DNA of 63,140 nucleotides, filler included, from Reticulomyxa filosa (GCA_000512085.1; 21 parts of 21 records of this genome joined end to end with filler, not necessarily neighbours in it), one strand, 5' to 3'; numbered from the whole stretch's first letter, positions 10,701-21,780 are shown. Numbers and translations: made by a program. Notes: a model not told the origin generated them from the letters alone.

Positions 10701-13501
10701 AATGAAAAAATAAAAGTGAAAACGAATGCTATTGAAAATCCGGCTATGAAAACACAAGACGTTTGGGAAAAGTATTTCAATGGGGATAGCGTTGCAAAAT
10801 ATGTATTGCGAAGAGTTGGTGATGACAAATACCAATTTTTACATAAATCATGTCAAGAATACCACGCGGCACAGAAAATTATATTTGATATCATTTCATG
10901 GACACCCAATGTTATCAATGGTAATATTGATAATCAAGAATTCCAACAACAGTTTGAAGCACATGTCCAAAATTTGTCTATTAATAATAAATTGTTAAAT
11001 GAGGAATTGGGGATTATCCAATTTATTGCAGAAAGAGTTCATGATATCAATCCAATCTTTGTAAATTTGAAACCACGACTATTCCGAATCATTGAAACAT
11101 CAAAAGGAAATGAGAAAAATAAAATTGCAGCAGCAAATTCCGTCACCATACTTAATTCAGCAAATGTGAATATGCATAACCGAGATTGGAGCAATATCAA
11201 AATTCCTTCTGCAATCTTGGATCATGCATTTCTTGAAGGAACCAATTTCAGTAATGCCAATTTGGATAATGTAAGTTTTGTTCAAGCTTGCTTAAGCAAG
11301 GCCAAATTCACAAAGGCATCAACGAAAGGAATTTACTTTGGGGAATATGCTTATTTGGAGCATTCATCTGCTGTAAATGGAGCTCAATTTTCACCAGATG
11401 GGACAAAAATTGTGTCATGGTCAAATGATAATACGATCCGAATATGGGACGCATCATCAGGAAGGCAGCTTCACTTATTGAAAGGACATTCAAATTATAT
11501 AAAAGCAGCACGATTTTCACCCGATAGTTCTAAAATTGTATCGGGATCATGGGATAAAACAATTCGAATATGGGATGTATTATCAGGTCGGCAAATTCAA
11601 ATATGGGAAGAGGATTCAAATTTCGTAAGCCCACAATTTTCACCGGACAATTCTAAGATTGTATCGTGCTCAGAAGATCAATCTATTCGAATATGGGATG
11701 TGTCATCTGGAGCACAAATCCGAGTATTGGAAGAACAGGAGGAATTTGTTAATGTGGTGCAATTTTCACCCGATAATTCCAAAATCGTGTCATGCTCACA
11801 AGACAAAACCATTCGACTCTGGGACGCGTTGTCCGGAACACAGCTCCAACTATTGGAAGGACATTTAGAAGATGTAACCGGAGTGCAATTTACATCCGAT
11901 GGATCAAATATTATATCATACTCGCGAGATGAAACCATTCGAATGTGGGATTTGTCTTCAGATCAGCCGATCCATATATTTGAAGGACATTCCGAGGGGA
12001 TAAATGGAGTGCACTTGTCATCAGATGGCTCCAAACTTTTGTCATATTCCGATGATAAAACAATCCGAATATGGGATCTGCTGTCCGGAAAACAACTTCA
12101 GACGTTGGAAGGGCATTCTGATAGTGTAAAAGCAGCGCGATTTTCATCGGATGGTTCCAGAATTGTGTCCGGCTCGGCTGATAAGACGATCCGAATATGG
12201 AACGTGACATCAGGGAAGCAGCTCCAAGTATTGGAAGGGCATTCCGATGCAGTGAATGGTGTGGAATTTTTTCCAAAAGAGCCCAAAGTTTTATCATGTT
12301 CGAATGATGGGACAATTCGAATATGGGACATAGCTTTGGAAAGGAAGATCCAGCTAGCGGAAGGACATTTAGATATTGTAACCGGCGTGCAATTTTCCCC
12401 AGACAATTCCAAGATTATATCATGTTCAAAGGACAAAACAATTCGATTGTGGGATGTGCAATCAGGAAGACAAATTCAAATATTTGAAGGACATTCAAAA
12501 TCTGTGCGTGGGGTAATATTTTCACCAGACTGTTCCAAAATTGTGTCTTATTCGTACGACAAAACGATGCGAATATGGGATATGTTATCTGGAAGACAAA
12601 TATCAAACACCCTTTTGGTGTCTGAAATTGCCATCCAATTTTCGCCAGATGGCTCGAAGATCGTATCGAGTTCATTAAATGACGTCATCGAAATTCTGGA
12701 CACATCGTCCGGTAAAAAAGTGCATTCATTGAGTGGACATTCCGCGGACTAAACGGAGTACGCTTTTCGCCAGATGCCTCCAAACTTGCGTCCTTTTCAA
12801 AGGACAAAACAATCCGATTGTGGGATATGTTGTCTGGAAAGCAACTCCAAGTATTTGAGGGACACTTGGGAGATATTAAGAGTGTACAATTTTCGCCCGA
12901 TGGCTCCAAAGTTTTGTCATGTTCGACGGATAAGACGATTCGACTATGGGATGTATCTTCCGGAAAGCAACTTTTGGTACTGACTGAACAGTCCAGCTGG
13001 GTAAGGGGAGTCCAATTTTCTCCGGATGGTACCAAGATCTTGTCCTTTTCCTATGACAAAACTATTCGTCTGTGGAACGCGCTATCTGGAAAGCAGCTGC
13101 ACACATTGGAGGGACATTCGGATGGAGTGCGAGGAGCACAATTTTTGTCTGACAATTCCAAGGTTATTTCATACTCCAATGACAAAACGGCTCGAATATG
13201 GGACGTGTCTTCAGGACAACAGATTCAAATATTGGAAGGACATACTGGAGATATAGAGGGAATGCAATTATCACCGGATGGTTCAAAGATTGTGTCGTAC
13301 TCGCAAGACAAAACCATTCGATTATGGGACATTGATAGCACTAAACTTATTGATGCACATGATATTACTTCGCTGAAGTGCATTTGGAAAGTAGGGGGAC
13401 AAAGTTTTGGTTTATCAATGAACAATAGTGTTTGGGAGGGTTCAAATGGTTTGACACCTCAACAAAAAATGCTCGTGGAACAACGTGGTGGGAAATTTTG
13501 A
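7714..13501 (+). CDS. NLR-like STAND protein: UBA-like / Cys4 module / RelA-SpoT-like nucleotidyltransferase / NACHT / pentapeptide repeats / 16x WD40; 1-bp frameshift at ~12746
   Basis: Exons ~7714-8154, ~8225-8285 and 8352-13501. RSH-like motifs SLKGNDRLLEK, DIGR, KDFF..HHRFHN, IEMQAT, SHLFYE (~8850-9225). Walker A GKSGSGKS (9810-9833), Walker B FILDGFDE (10029-10052), VSCRS, PFLL, FLHKSCQEY. Pentapeptides AILDH-AFLEG-TNFSN-ANLDN (~11211-11330). WD40 repeats ~11355-13335. Confidence 0.9.
11355..13335 (+). repeat. Tandem ~126-bp WD40-coding repeat array (16 units)
   Basis: Recurrent GH....V..V.FSPD.SKIVS.S.DKTIRIWD..SG unit; 16 IRxW(D/N)-type motifs counted across the frameshift. Confidence 0.9.
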
Positions 13502-13700
13502 TTTGTGTGTATTGTTTTGTTGTAAATAAGATCTGCTTGTGTGAGTTTTTTTGGCCAGCTGCAAATAAATGAAATTTTTTTTGCATGAGAAACTTTTTTT
13601 TTTTTTAAAGTGGTGGGCTTTGAACTTGGTCAGTAGTTTTCACCCTTTTTTTTTTGCATAATTTTCGAAAAGTATAAAAAAAAAAGTTGCACCATTTGAA

Positions 13701-14808
13701 ATGAGTTATCAGTCAAATACAAAACGTCCTCGACAAAGACGTCATAGCAGTCTGATAGTGCGTCAGGACTATCTTTCTCAGTTGGACACAAGTAACTGGC
13801 AAGACGAAAGCGTGCAACAGCAACAACAACAACAGCAACAGGACTATCAGCAGTATGATAGCCACTATCAAGGCAACCCAACAGGTTGGTTGCGTGGAAA
13901 AGATGGAGGATACCATCGACGTTCTCGACCAAGATATGTGAGATACCGTCGAAGACCCAATCAAGGAGGATTCAATATCGGCGCAGACACTAACGACAAC
14001 AACAACAACAACGACACGAATAATAATAACAACAATAACAACCGATCGAAAAATAAACGAAGAAGACGTCGAGCACCAAACCGAAGAAATCAAAAAGGCA
14101 TCGGAGGCAAAGTGTGGCGACCCAAGCCAAATCAACCACCGCACGACAAAGTTCACGAAAAAGACACCTCCAAAGAGCAGACCGTGCTCATAACTCCGTC
14201 TGTAAGTATTTCAATCCATTTTTTGTGTGTGTGTGTGTAATATGCTAACATTTGAAGGTATATAAAAGAATTTATGCAAATAACACATATAAATAAATAT
14301 GTATAAATATATACATATATATATATATATTATATATACACATATATGTATGTCGTGTGAAACGCAGGAACAGACACAATCAACGCAGGAACAGACACAA
14401 TCAACACAGCCGACACAGTCGACACAGTCGACACAATCGACAGTGAGCGAGCAAGCCCCTCAAGTCACCTCCGTCGAAACAGCGACAAAGACAGCGACGG
14501 AAGCAACAAAGCCTGCGACGAAAGAAGAGGAAAAGCAACCTGAGAGTGTGCCACGACAAAAGCTTCCAGTCACTGTCCTTTCTGGGTAAGATTTTGTAGT
14601 GTTTGCATTTTTTCCGCATTCCAAAAGAGACAATGTCTTTTCTATGTCCTCTCCAAATTCTTTTTTCCTCTTTCTTTCTTCGTCTTTCAATGACTACGCA
14701 CACATACAAACAGATTTTTAGGAAGTGGCAAAACCACATTGATGGAACACATACTCAAGAATAAAAAGGGGCTCAAAGTTGCGGTCATTGTCAATGACAT
14801 GAGCGAAC
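13701..14808 (+). CDS. COG0523/CobW (YciC/ZigA-like) G3E GTPase metallochaperone with long disordered N-terminal extension; 3' end lost at contig break
   Basis: Introns 14202-14367 and 14586-14713 (GT-AG, in phase) give ...[40 protein letters not shown]. Confidence 0.85.
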
Positions 14809-15957
14809 GTTAAAAAAAAAAAAAAAAAAAAAAAAAACCTAAAAAATTTTTTTNNNNNNNNNNNNNNNNNNNNNNNNNNNNNNNNNNNNNNNNNNNNTTA
14901 ATTAATTAANNNNNNNNNNNNNNNNNNNNNNNNNNNNNNNNNNNNNNNNNNNNAAATGTTGTTTTTTCATGGAGAAACACAATCATCTATATAAGGTAGC
15001 ATTTTAGGTGTCAACTTTCTTTTTTATCCTACTGTATTTGTAGATACTAAGAGAAAGTTATTTTTTAGACGAAAAAAATATTAATTTGTGACAGTGATCC
15101 AGATAATACAACATGACACAATACTAAATATAATGAATTATTTTGAAAAATAAAAATTTATACAAAAAATTTGCGACAGTATATGAAAATTGACACTATA
15201 TAATAGTCGAGTAAATGAAAAAAAATTAAAACAATAATAAAGCAAAAACGTACAAAATAATAGAAAAAAATATTAAAAAGTTAAATTTTAAATGTTGCAT
15301 TTTTTTAAAAACTATGAAATATACATTTTTTTAATAAAATAAAAATTCATTTTATTAAAAAATGAAGTTGTGGGATTTGTTACTATGCTAGACTGTCACA
15401 AAATACGAAAATATCTTTCTAAAAGATATTTTCAATAAAAAAAACGAATAAATTTAAGTCAATAAAAATGGAATGGTAACAACAACAAAAAGAGAAATAA
15501 AAAACGGAAGTCATAATAAAGTTTTGAGAAACAGGATTTCAAGATTCACTTGAACATTGGTACTAAATAGCCGGACTCGCTACAAAATACACTTTTTAAA
15601 AAGTATATGCATAACTTGACGATTCCTAAAAAAGAAACAGATTCAAAGGTTTAATTGTGCCAATATATTTTTGATTTATATGCATTACTGAGAAATTTTT
15701 AAAGATCATATGAAAGAATGATGTTTTTATCCATACTAAAAAGTTATTAACCAATTCATTTTTAAAAATTACAAGATTTGTAGATATGAATAAAAAATTT
15801 CTACATTAGCAGCCGAGGCACAATGAAGAGATTCGCAGTATGCAATGAACAAATGCATGCATTCGAATTTTCCAAACTAAGCAAAAAAGATTGATCGCAT
15901 CATTTTTGTTCAAAAAAAAAAAGTTTTGAGGGATCAGAAAAAAAGAATGCGATATGT

Positions 15958-16884
15958 TCATGAAAGATTTGGAATAGTAGATTTGATATTTGTCACTTCT
16001 TCGTGTTGTTCCGCATTATCTTCGACATTATCATTCAGGTTTTTAAGTGAATTGGTGATCTCACCAATTTCTTGTAAATGCTTATTCGTCACTTCGAATA
16101 CCACCTTTTTTTGTTTTGTTTTGATTATACCTTTTGGAAATGTATTTGTACATAACTCACGTACACATCTACCTGGTCAATCAATGCTTCCGCTTCTTCG
16201 TCGACGTCCCTAGACTCTAATTCTTCGAAAGCCTCATCGACCATCTGCAAAGAACAATGTTGCATGTAGGCACACACAAGTACGTATACAGACTTCATTT
16301 CACTCGTTATTGGACATAGGTAATAGATATTTGTAATATTTTGTTTTGTTTGTTAAATCTTGACAGACTTCTTGGATAAGACCCATTTTTTGCATTTCCA
16401 TTGCCATATCTGTTGTCCATTGCTTCGCTTCTGATATTTTTATCAGCTCATTCATCTTTGCACTTACTACAGCTGACGCTTCCAACATTTTTGATATTTT
16501 AATATTGGCTTGTTGCTCTTTGATCTATACTCCATTATTTATTTTTTTAAGTTTTGTTTTTTTATCAAAAGTAGAGCCAATACGAAAGTCCAAAACTCCT
16601 AATATGATAGAATTAATTTGTGTTTTCAGGGTGTACAGGCGTTCTAAATTTTTATTGCATCGTACCAAACCTTTTGCTAGTATCTTTATTGCTATCACCA
16701 GCGCAGGCTCTTTTTTCGCTTTCTTGGCCTCTTTTTTCATCTCCAGTTTTAGTTTTAATATTACACGCTCAGCCTTACGAATTTGCTGTTGAAGTTCTCT
16801 TTGTTGATGTTTTAGTTCTTTTATCCATCGTTTACTCATTTCCTGAAATATTTTTTTGTTTTCTGCATTTTCTTTTGAAGCCAT
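15958..16884 (-). CDS. VPS24: ESCRT-III subunit, CHMP3/Vps24-like (Snf7 family)
   Basis: Spliced sequence WIKELKHQQRELQQQIR...ILAKGLVRCNKNLERLYTLKTQINSI...KMNELIKISE...EMQKMGLIQE|MVDEAFEELE...EEAEALIDQ|VVFEVT follows the CHMP3 pattern. Confidence 0.75.
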
Positions 16885-18787
16885 TATGTTTCCTTATTTT
16901 GAAAATTGGAATTTTTGCCCCTTCAATTTTTTAACTAGGGTCACTGTCGACGCAATAAAATGTTGTCTTTTTTTCATTTTCAGCAAAAATTCTAATTTTT
17001 CTATTTGCTTGTTTATTCTCAGGTTGTTTTTTTGAAATTTAGTTTGTGATGATAATGACATTAAAACTATACCTTCTTTTGAATGATTAACACTGGAACT
17101 ACCATAATTTCAAATTTTTCAAAAAAGCAAACAATTTTTATTTGTTGAATTCAAATAGACGGCTTCATTTTAATCATTTAGTTTTGTCTTTTTGTGTTTT
17201 TCCCTTAACAAGTAAAGAAGAAAAAAACTAGGTTTATGAATTTTTCAAACGAATATTCTATTTGACAATTGTTGGTCATTATGCATGTCAGAAGCAATCT
17301 TATAAGTAGTACGTGAAATCTGTGAAGAGAGCACATGTTCCCAAAAATGTCATTGTTTATAGTCAAAACGACGACAAACCATTGTCAAGGCAATACTAGC
17401 AATCAATATAATCGAATTGAATTGACGAATCGACAAGTGAATAGAGTAACAATACAAAGCAATGTAATGATAAGAACAAATTGATGCTCAAACACAAAAT
17501 ATATATTAACGAAATCGTTGTCAATCGAATCGGAATTGGACAAGCTAAAGTAATAATTTGAACTTTGTACATTTGTTCGTTTCGAAAAAACTTGTCAATT
17601 ATGACCGTGATTATATCGTTTATACGAAAGACAAACAAGCAAAGAGTGCATTTTTAAAAAGTAATAACGATAATACCAAAGAAGTAAGCTATTAATGAAA
17701 GTACAAGTAAAAATAGAAATGAAAAATGTAAAACAGATTAAAATGAAGATAAAATAACAATGATAAATGTTGCAAAAATGTTAATTAAATCCATTTGACT
17801 ATATTAACTGTAGACTGTACGTCAACAAACACAACGTTATAGCAAATTGTATTCCAACATAGATCAAAAAATTGACTTTTTCATTCAAACTATAATATGT
17901 TGCAATAATATTGATAAATTAGACAAAAACCAAAAAAAAATACAAAAATTAATAAAGTAAAATATAAACGCTGTAGAAAATAGTAAAAATATTTAATTGA
18001 CAAAAAATTGAAGAAAAAATGAAATGCATTTTGAAACACTTGAATATTAATATATATTTTTTAAAAAAACCGATTATTTTAATAAGGTGTCATTTTAGTG
18101 TGTAATTGCTTTCGTCACAACATTTTAATGGGTTTTCCATTTTTCTGCAAGTTACTGTAGTGATATGATTGATAATTAAATCGTTTTTTTATAAGTACAT
18201 TATGACTATGTTCTACAATTTGAGTAGTGTTGTTGACAACGTTTTAATATGTACATACATCCAACGATGTGAAACAATGAAAACAAAGACGAGAGACTGC
18301 GATGAACTGGAAAAAGTGGAAAGTCGAAGATTTAATAAATTTTTTGTTTTACATTATGTAGAATTTTTTTCTTTTTCATTTCGTTGAACCCTGGAAAAAT
18401 TCTTTCTTTTTTCATCTCTTAGTTTTTGAAATAATCAACTTTTTTTGGAAATTTTTTCATTTCAAGAAAAAAGTGACGTTTTTGATGAAAAATTATTGTT
18501 AAGATGTCTTTTGTTTATTTTAAGCGTCTTCTTTTGTGACTAGCTTTTTAAAATTTTTTTTAAAGAAACTTTGGTCGAATGCAAACTTTTAAAAAAGACA
18601 CAAATTTGAGATTCGAGAACAAACACTACGATAAAAATGAAATTAATTGCCGGCTTTGTGAACTGCTCCTTTTGTTTGAACGTATCATAATTTAAAATAT
18701 AATTTTGCTACAATTTTTTTTGCGTGATATTGCATTAGTCACAAGAACAACGTTTGCAAAATAAGAAAAAATTGTGATTATTGAAGT

Positions 18788-19435
18788 ATGAGCACACAGG
18801 AAGCAAACGCAAACTCAGGAAAGACCAAAGCAGGTAAGCCCAGTAAAGAACATATTTGGCAAAAAGAGAATACAATTAAATAGCAATGTTCTCTTATTTT
18901 TTAGCCTTAAGAAAAAGAGATTTTTTAGTAAAAAGTGAAAATATATTAACAGGACAAATGCTTACACTACGTATATTCACCAGTAAGGATGTCAATGTGA
19001 ATGATAATCCGCCCATAAAACTATATGGACGTGTTGCACACGTACAATATGGATTATTTGGTCAAGTCAGAGAAAATGAAAATGAAACTCATCAAGTTAA
19101 TAAGAGGGTAGTGAAACTACTAGGAGGAATGCAAAATAGATCTGAGCAAGAACAATACGCAATGGAAATGAAAGCACTGAAAAGATTGTGTGGAAACAGC
19201 ATTGAAGAAGAAACATTGAGGAAACAGCTTGAAGAAAACAAGGGAAATGTATCTTTGGTGATTGAAAAGATACTCATTCAATTGATGAGCCAAAATGTAC
19301 GTATTGTATTTAAAAGATAGCAAAGCTGTGATTTGTTTTAATGGACACGTATAACATCAACAAAAAAAACAGACTGAAGTTCAAGAAACAGAGCCAGAGA
19401 AGAAGATAGAGCAAACAGAAAATAAAGATGAACTG
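18788..19435 (+). CDS. 5' part of a paralog sharing the GGMQN + UBA-like N-terminal cassette of the NLR-like gene; truncated by contig end
   Basis: Exon 1 (ATG 18788, GTAAGC donor) splices to exon 2 at 18953. KLLGGMQN..QYAMEMKALKRLCGNSIEEETLRKQLEENKGNVSLVIEKI aligns with KCRGGMQN..KYAKEIKTLLRLFGSIANKEELQQKIEYYNGNIELVIKDV. A short E/K-rich exon follows in both genes. Confidence 0.7.
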
Positions 19436-19649
19436 GTTATATAGCATTCGATCGAATTTGATTTGATATATTTTTTTCTTTCTTCCATATACATATATAN
19501 NNNNNNNNNNNNNNNNNNNNNNNNNNNNNNNNNNNNNNNNNNNTTAATTAATTAANNNNNNNNNNNNNNNNNNNNNNNNNNNNNNNNNNNNNNNNNNNNA
19601 CGTTTGCACTATCGATATATACGCATACAAAAAAAAAAAAAAAAAAAAG

Positions 19650-19957
19650 CGTGTGGAAATGGACAACTGAATGCAATAAAATTGTTGTTTTATTACTCAA
19701 GAAGTGTGTATAATGTCACATTGCCAACCGAACAGACTGATTGTTGGGGGGATACACCCTTGCACCGAGCTGCAAGGTTTGGCAATATTGACTGCTGTCA
19801 TTATTTGATTATAACGACCGATGCAGACTTGAGAGCGAGAAATGGCCTCGGCCAAACTCCTCTGCTCAGAGCCGCTGAACAGTCACAATATGATACTGTT
19901 CGATTTTTAAATGAATGCGAAATTGATTACTCCGAAGATAAAATTGTCATGTTGTAA
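19650..19957 (+). CDS. Ankyrin-repeat protein, last exon
   Basis: ACGNGQLNAIKLL, GDTPLHRAARFGNIDCCHYLI, GQTPLLRAAEQSQYDTVRFL. Confidence 0.9.
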
Positions 19958-20611
19958 AAAAAAAAATAAAATAAAAATAAAATCTTTTGTTTTTTAAGTT
20001 TTGTGTTGATTTCTTTTTTTATTTATGAAAAAAAAAAATCTCTTTGTACAAAATAATAGTTCGATCAAATAGGAAAAATTGTATTGCTTTTATGTGGGTA
20101 GTGGTTTGCTGTAATGTTTTTCTTTTTTTTAAATCTTCAAAAAAAAAAACTCTTTCTCTCCCCCTTTTTTTCTTTTGTAGTATCCAAGTTTCAAAAACAA
20201 GTGTTTGAAAAGTCAAAGGTAGTGTGTTGGTATTGTGTAATACATATATGAAAACCTTTTTGTTTTGCTTACAAATGTTAGTTGCAATGTTTTGCTTCAC
20301 AATGAGTTAAGAAATACAGTGCCACTCTTGCTTGTTTGAACAAGGTGGTCTCAATGTTTGTCGAGTTAAAGATAATGATATTGGATCTTTAACTTGACCC
20401 ACATACTCGTAAGGTTTTTATATCTTGTATTATCCAAAAAATAACTAATTTTGCAACCTTTTTGCAGTTGGACAAATAAACAGTAAACACGTTAATTTCA
20501 AGGTTTTTAAGAAGTTCCCGGTCGCCCCGTTCTTTAAAAAAAAAACATAACCAAACAAAACAATATATTATAAACCTTGGATATTTCTTCATCTTGACTA
20601 TTTGAGTTGAA

Positions 20612-21626
20612 ATGAAAGATCGTTGGAAATTATGCTCTCTTTTATGGTTGTGTTTTTTTTTGGGAAGCCTGTTGCTTTTTTTTCAAAAATCACCGTGCGA
20701 AATAAACAAGAGCACAAGTGCAGCTGTGAGACTACCTCTAACTGTAGAAGTACCCGTTTTGAGCACTCCAAAGAGTGCAATTGTATACGAAAATATGAAC
20801 AACTGCACGAACATTCCAATTTTTCGAACAAAACGCGATCGAGAAATTGCATTTGAAAAATGGAGAAATGGAACAGGAAAGATTGTGTTATTACATATTC
20901 ACAAAGCTGGTGGTACAACAGTGAGAAATTATTTTAAGTTAATGGCAAAAATTGATTATAAAAGTAATTAACTTTTATTTAATTACTTTTTTAGTTTTTA
21001 AAAAGACCTCCTTTTTTTTTCAAAAAAAAAAAAAAAAAGAGAGTTGCAAAAATTTTTTATTGGCAAAAATATTTGGTCAATGGATGGTAAAAATAAAACC
21101 TTTGAAGAAATAAAGAAAAAAATGATGAAACTTTGCAAGTGATCGAGTCCTTTACGTATATTCATCGATTTGGATATTCTTTTGATTTGCTCAAAATGAT
21201 ATCGAAAAATCCACATCACATTTATGTGATGACAATGCGAGAGCCCATTTCAAGAATTTTGTCACAATATCAATTTGTTTAGTTTATTATTATTATTATT
21301 ATTATATTTACAAATATTTTTGTAAAAAAAAAAGGAGTGGCGTTGGGGTGGACAACGTGGTTCGCCATTTGCACCTTATGACATTGGTTTGGAGTACAAC
21401 GAGTTGAAGAAATATTTTGAGAGTCATCCAAAAGAATTGATTGATATGGAGTACTCAAAATGGAGTGAGAAGTATGCACACTATTCGATGGAAAATTTGA
21501 TTGAAATGATTGAAAAAGTAACGTATCCACAGACGGTAAAAAACGAGTATGTAAACAACCCTGGTATCAACGTTCGAAAGCATTTCAAAGAGGACAATTC
21601 ACACAATGACAAATTTGAGATTCTAT
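20612..21626 (+). CDS. Golgi type-II membrane carbohydrate sulfotransferase (Sulfotransfer_2-like), partial
   Basis: N-terminal TM LCSLLWLCFFLGSLLLFF; 5'-PSB motif LHIHKAGGTTVR; 3'-PB motif YVMTMREPISRILSQY (~21220-21275); apparent homopolymer frameshift near 21120. Confidence 0.8.
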
Positions 21627-21780
21627 NNNNNNNNNNNNNNNNNNNNNNNNNNNNNNNNNNNNNNNNNNNNTTAATTAATTAANNNNNNNNNNNNNNNNNN
21701 NNNNNNNNNNNNNNNNNNNNNNNNNNATTTTTTTTTTTTTTTTTTTTTTTTTTACTGTGTCTTTCTTCCAATCAAAAAAG

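Noticed and set aside
12740-12760. Programmed -1 ribosomal frameshift in the NLR gene
   Set aside because: No X XXY YYZ slippery heptamer at the site; a single-G loss explains it.
2757-13501. RNF213-like fragment and NLR gene as one physical immune cluster
   Set aside because: Separated by an artificial spacer (4288-4387); linkage cannot be inferred.
13713-14156. Antisense hydrophobic ORFs (also 29724-30428, 51572-51829, 62098-62316)
   Set aside because: Reverse-complement translations of CAA/AAC/GAA-rich coding repeats.
14361-14445. 21-bp and 9-bp tandem repeats as a regulatory array
   Set aside because: They encode the QST-rich linker of the COG0523 gene.
17396-17900. Degenerate multi-TM gene on the minus strand
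   Set aside because: Only short hydrophobic ORFs, as expected from T-rich DNA; no recognisable motif.
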